Positions 60,962 to 64,000 of a stretch of 64,000 nucleotides of DNA are shown here, piece by piece (position 1 is the first letter of the stretch; each line of letters opens with the position of its first letter). The notes beneath the pieces are model-generated. The model was not told the origin of the DNA. It made no database searches and saw nothing but the letters and a program-made list of their open reading frames with translations. This stretch comes from Podarcis pityusensis (Eukaryota): assembly GCA_964106645.2 (NCBI GenBank), contig OZ067044.1; one strand, written 5' to 3'. Made by a program: the position numbers and the translations under genes.

Positions 60962-63292
60962 TGGAGTCCCATTCGTCCCTACCTATTTCCCCTGTTTAAA
61001 TTTACAACACCTTTAACTGAAATATTTATTTGATGTGTCTAAATCCAGCCTAGGAATCAATGTGGGTGAAGGTGGCAATATATGAAAAAAGAAGAAAAGT
61101 GCATGGCTCCTCAGGAAAGTCAGGGGTGGGGGAAAGATCACACACACAAACCCCCATGCAAGTAACCTGTTACCCCAACAATTGTTGGCGGGGGTGGGCT
61201 TCTGTCCTACCCCCATGGATTTTTGGTGATACAACGGAGATCTGTCAATAGACTTGAATAGAGGATGGCATTGTACCATCTGAAAAACAAACTCAGTTTT
61301 TAATTCCTCGACTGTGAAAGGATTGCCCTGGGGAGATAATTCACTGTGATTAAAAGCTAGGCCTGTCTGACAAAACAAAAGATTCTCTCCGTGTCTCCAC
61401 CCCCTTCACTTCTGAGCTCTGGGCATTTCCCCAGTCAACTTGGGCTCCCCCCACCCTTTCTCACCTCTAGGATATAGCATCCCCCCCACCTCTTACTTTC
61501 CATGGCTTCTTTGCTCTCTGTGGGCATCCTGAAGAGGAGATTATGCCATTGAGCACTTTGGTTATAATGGACTTGAAGAATGTGCTTAGGAAATTGATCA
61601 CATCATGACTGTGGTGACAGTGAAGAAGAAATAAAGGGCTGGTGGCATATCTGTGGGACTTGTGTTTGTAGTGTATCATGTCAGCGATGCTTTAAGAACC
61701 TCATATCACTGAAAGGCCTATTAACATTCGTTCATTTCTTTCTTGCATCTCTCTCCCTCTCTCCCCCCCCCCCACCCTCTCCACACTTTTCAAGGAGCAG
61801 CACATACTATCCAGTACAGGCTCACACTGACTAGGTTAAACAATTACACTACACTAATTGGCCTGTGTCGGTCTTGATGAGTAGGTAAACAAATGCTGCA
61901 CGGGAAAAGCTGAGACAAATTGTATCTAATTAAATTGATGAAAAAAAGTGACAATGACAACAAAGAAAGCAACATTCACAGTTGCAAATCACAATGCTTA
62001 TGTGAAAGCACACACCTCTTATCAAAATCTGCAATTCTGCCCTGGGTGCCGGAGAGAGGAAGGTTGATGAGCCATCCCTCCCCCACACATTCGAGAAATC
62101 CCTTAATTATAGCATATAAAAAGGATTGGCTACCATCTATGTTCAGCCATATGAGCTCCTGTGTGTGTGCTCCATGCATATACAATATGTGCAAGTGAAA
62201 ATAGTGGTGACTCGCCCACATTGCTAAAAGGAAAAGGTTTCTCATTTGTTCTTGCAAATTACCTCCTTCCTCCATTATATATTTACAGATGCTTCAGCTG
62301 TTCCAAAGAAGCAGCAAAAGAGGAAGCACAATTGTGTCGTGCTTCCTTTCCACCTGCTTCTGAACTTCATCAAAATAAGAACGACGTGCACTCTTGCCAC
62401 TACAACAGAAGAACATGCACCGTCCACTTCAGACGAGTGTCTCATATTTAATATTTCTTGGAACCATTGAATTGGCTTTAAGCATTAGGGCTAAGGTCAG
62501 AATGGTTAGCTTTCAATACACAAGGAAAAAAACCTTCTCATTTGCCGTTGCAGTTGCCCACCTTGCTCTATAATAAATGTGAACATTTAAAGTTCACAAT
62601 TGCTTTCAAATTTTAAGAATAAAAAAATATGCAAAATTAATTTAGCTTTCTGGTTTATTTTGAATTTGGAGAAGACTCAACTCAACCAGATTAGGACTGA
62701 TATGATACTTCCTTCAAGGAAGATATTTGTGTGTCTTCTCTGGACCAACAGCACCACGAACATGGCACATGGCACCAAATCAGACCCTGAGCTGATTTAG
62801 TCAGTAGCCGTATAACTCGCTCACTTATTTATTTACCAACCACTTTTCCAGAAAATGTCTCAAGGTGAAATATAATAAATCACATACCATTAAATACAAT
62901 AAAAACACAGTTTGGTAAAAACAAAAGCAAGCATCAGAGCACGAAAACAGATATCAAATCACAGCTCAAATACCACCCTAAAGAAGTTTTCAAGCAAGCA
63001 ATAATGGACTCATGTCTAGGGAATTAAAGTGGCTCTGTAGGTGCCTGTTTTCTAAATATTCACTGGAGGGGTTGGTAACTTACAGGCCAAAGATATCTGC
63101 TGGCTCCCTGCTCAGCTTCCGCCATCAGTCAGAGAAGGGAGTTACAAGCGGTTCCATCTAGGACATTGCGGATAATTCTTTAGTTTATGAAGTCATGTGC
63201 TGTTACCTGGTACCAATGGCAGCCATAAAATTTCCAGAGCTGCTGCCTGGTGAACCTGTCCCTGAAGAAGGCCATCAAGTTTCTCCTCCTAC

Positions 63293-63550
63293 CAGCCAGT
63301 TTGGTGTAGTGGTTAAGAGTGGTAGTCTCGTAATCTGGGGAACCGGGTTCGCATCTCCGCTCCTCCACATGCAGCTGCTGGGTGACCTTGGGCCAGTCAC
63401 ACTTCTTTGAAGTCTCTCAGCCCCACTCACCTCACAGAGTGTTTGTTGTGGGGGAGGAAGGGAAAGGAGAATGTTAGCCGCTATGAGACTCTTTAGGGTA
63501 GTGATAAAGCGGGATATCAAATCCAAACTCTTCTCTCCAAACTCTTCTCC
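63293..63550 (+). mobile_element. tRNA-derived SINE (Squam3-like)
   Basis: A box TGGTGTAGTGG, B box GGTTCGCATCTCC, GGGTGACCTTGGGCCAGTCAC body, L2-like 3' end with repeated CCAAACTCTTCT tail; family name from recall. Confidence 0.8.
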
Positions 63551-63669
63551 ATGTCACAAAACTACTGGTCTTCACCCTTATTTTAGTACCCTGCCAATCT
63601 GACTTTGGATCCCAGCCTTCAGCCTTTCTCTATGCCTACTTGCTGTGCATCTGCCTATCCTGTTCAATA

Positions 63670-63900
63670 CAGTGGTACCTCTGGTTACAGACGCTTCAGG
63701 TTACAGACGCTTCAGGTTACAGACTCTGCTAACCCAGAAATAGTACCTTGGGTTAAGAACTTTGCTTCAGGATGAGAACAGAAATCGTGCAGCGGCAGCG
63801 GGAGGCCCCATTAGCTAAAGTGGTACCTCAGGTTAAGAACAGTTTCAGGTTAAGAACGGACCTCCAGAATGAATTAAGTTCTTAACCTGAGGTACCACTG
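63670..63900. mobile_element. Tigger/pogo-type MITE (231 bp)
   Basis: TIRs CAGTGGTACCTC...GAGGTACCACTG with TA on both sides. Confidence 0.9.
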
Positions 63901-64000
63901 TACATTCACTCAGCTTATATAACCTGAATCCTTGCAAGAAAGATTCCAAGGTCCTTGGAGGAGGCAGTAACTGGTGTGCAAATCAGGAAAGCACTTGTAA

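Overview
This is vertebrate genomic DNA, almost certainly from a squamate and probably a lacertid lizard, judged from two Sauria SINEs and other squamate-type repeats. I could not support any host protein-coding exon. The window looks like a gene desert or large intron with SINEs, MITEs, LINE fragments (CR1, L2, L1, RTE), microsatellites, several candidate conserved non-coding blocks and a 196-nt N gap. The dominant feature is a very young, full-length Ty3/Gypsy chromovirus-type (Tf1/sushi group) LTR retrotransposon on the minus strand (48551-55123). It has 762-bp LTRs differing at 2 sites, a 5-bp ACTGT target-site duplication, gag with a CCHC knuckle, a GGGAAAC -1 frameshift with pseudoknot, and pol (PR-RT-RH-IN-chromodomain) broken by one TGA where Trp is expected. 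Four properties are unusual. (1) It has no tRNA primer site, but an 11-nt self-priming PBS complementary to the predicted transcript 5' end. (2) Its chromodomain has lost all three methyl-lysine cage aromatics and is followed directly by an FxGF motif resembling LEDGF-IBD/TFIIS-N-domain binding motifs. (3) The pol frame runs about 370 aa further, through the PPT and the whole U3 of the LTR, so the promoter is protein-coding. (4) Candidate splice signals could express this tail as a separate protein. Items 2-4 together suggest a possible host-factor-tethering or accessory-protein system; this is a hypothesis, and I cannot check its novelty against the literature.
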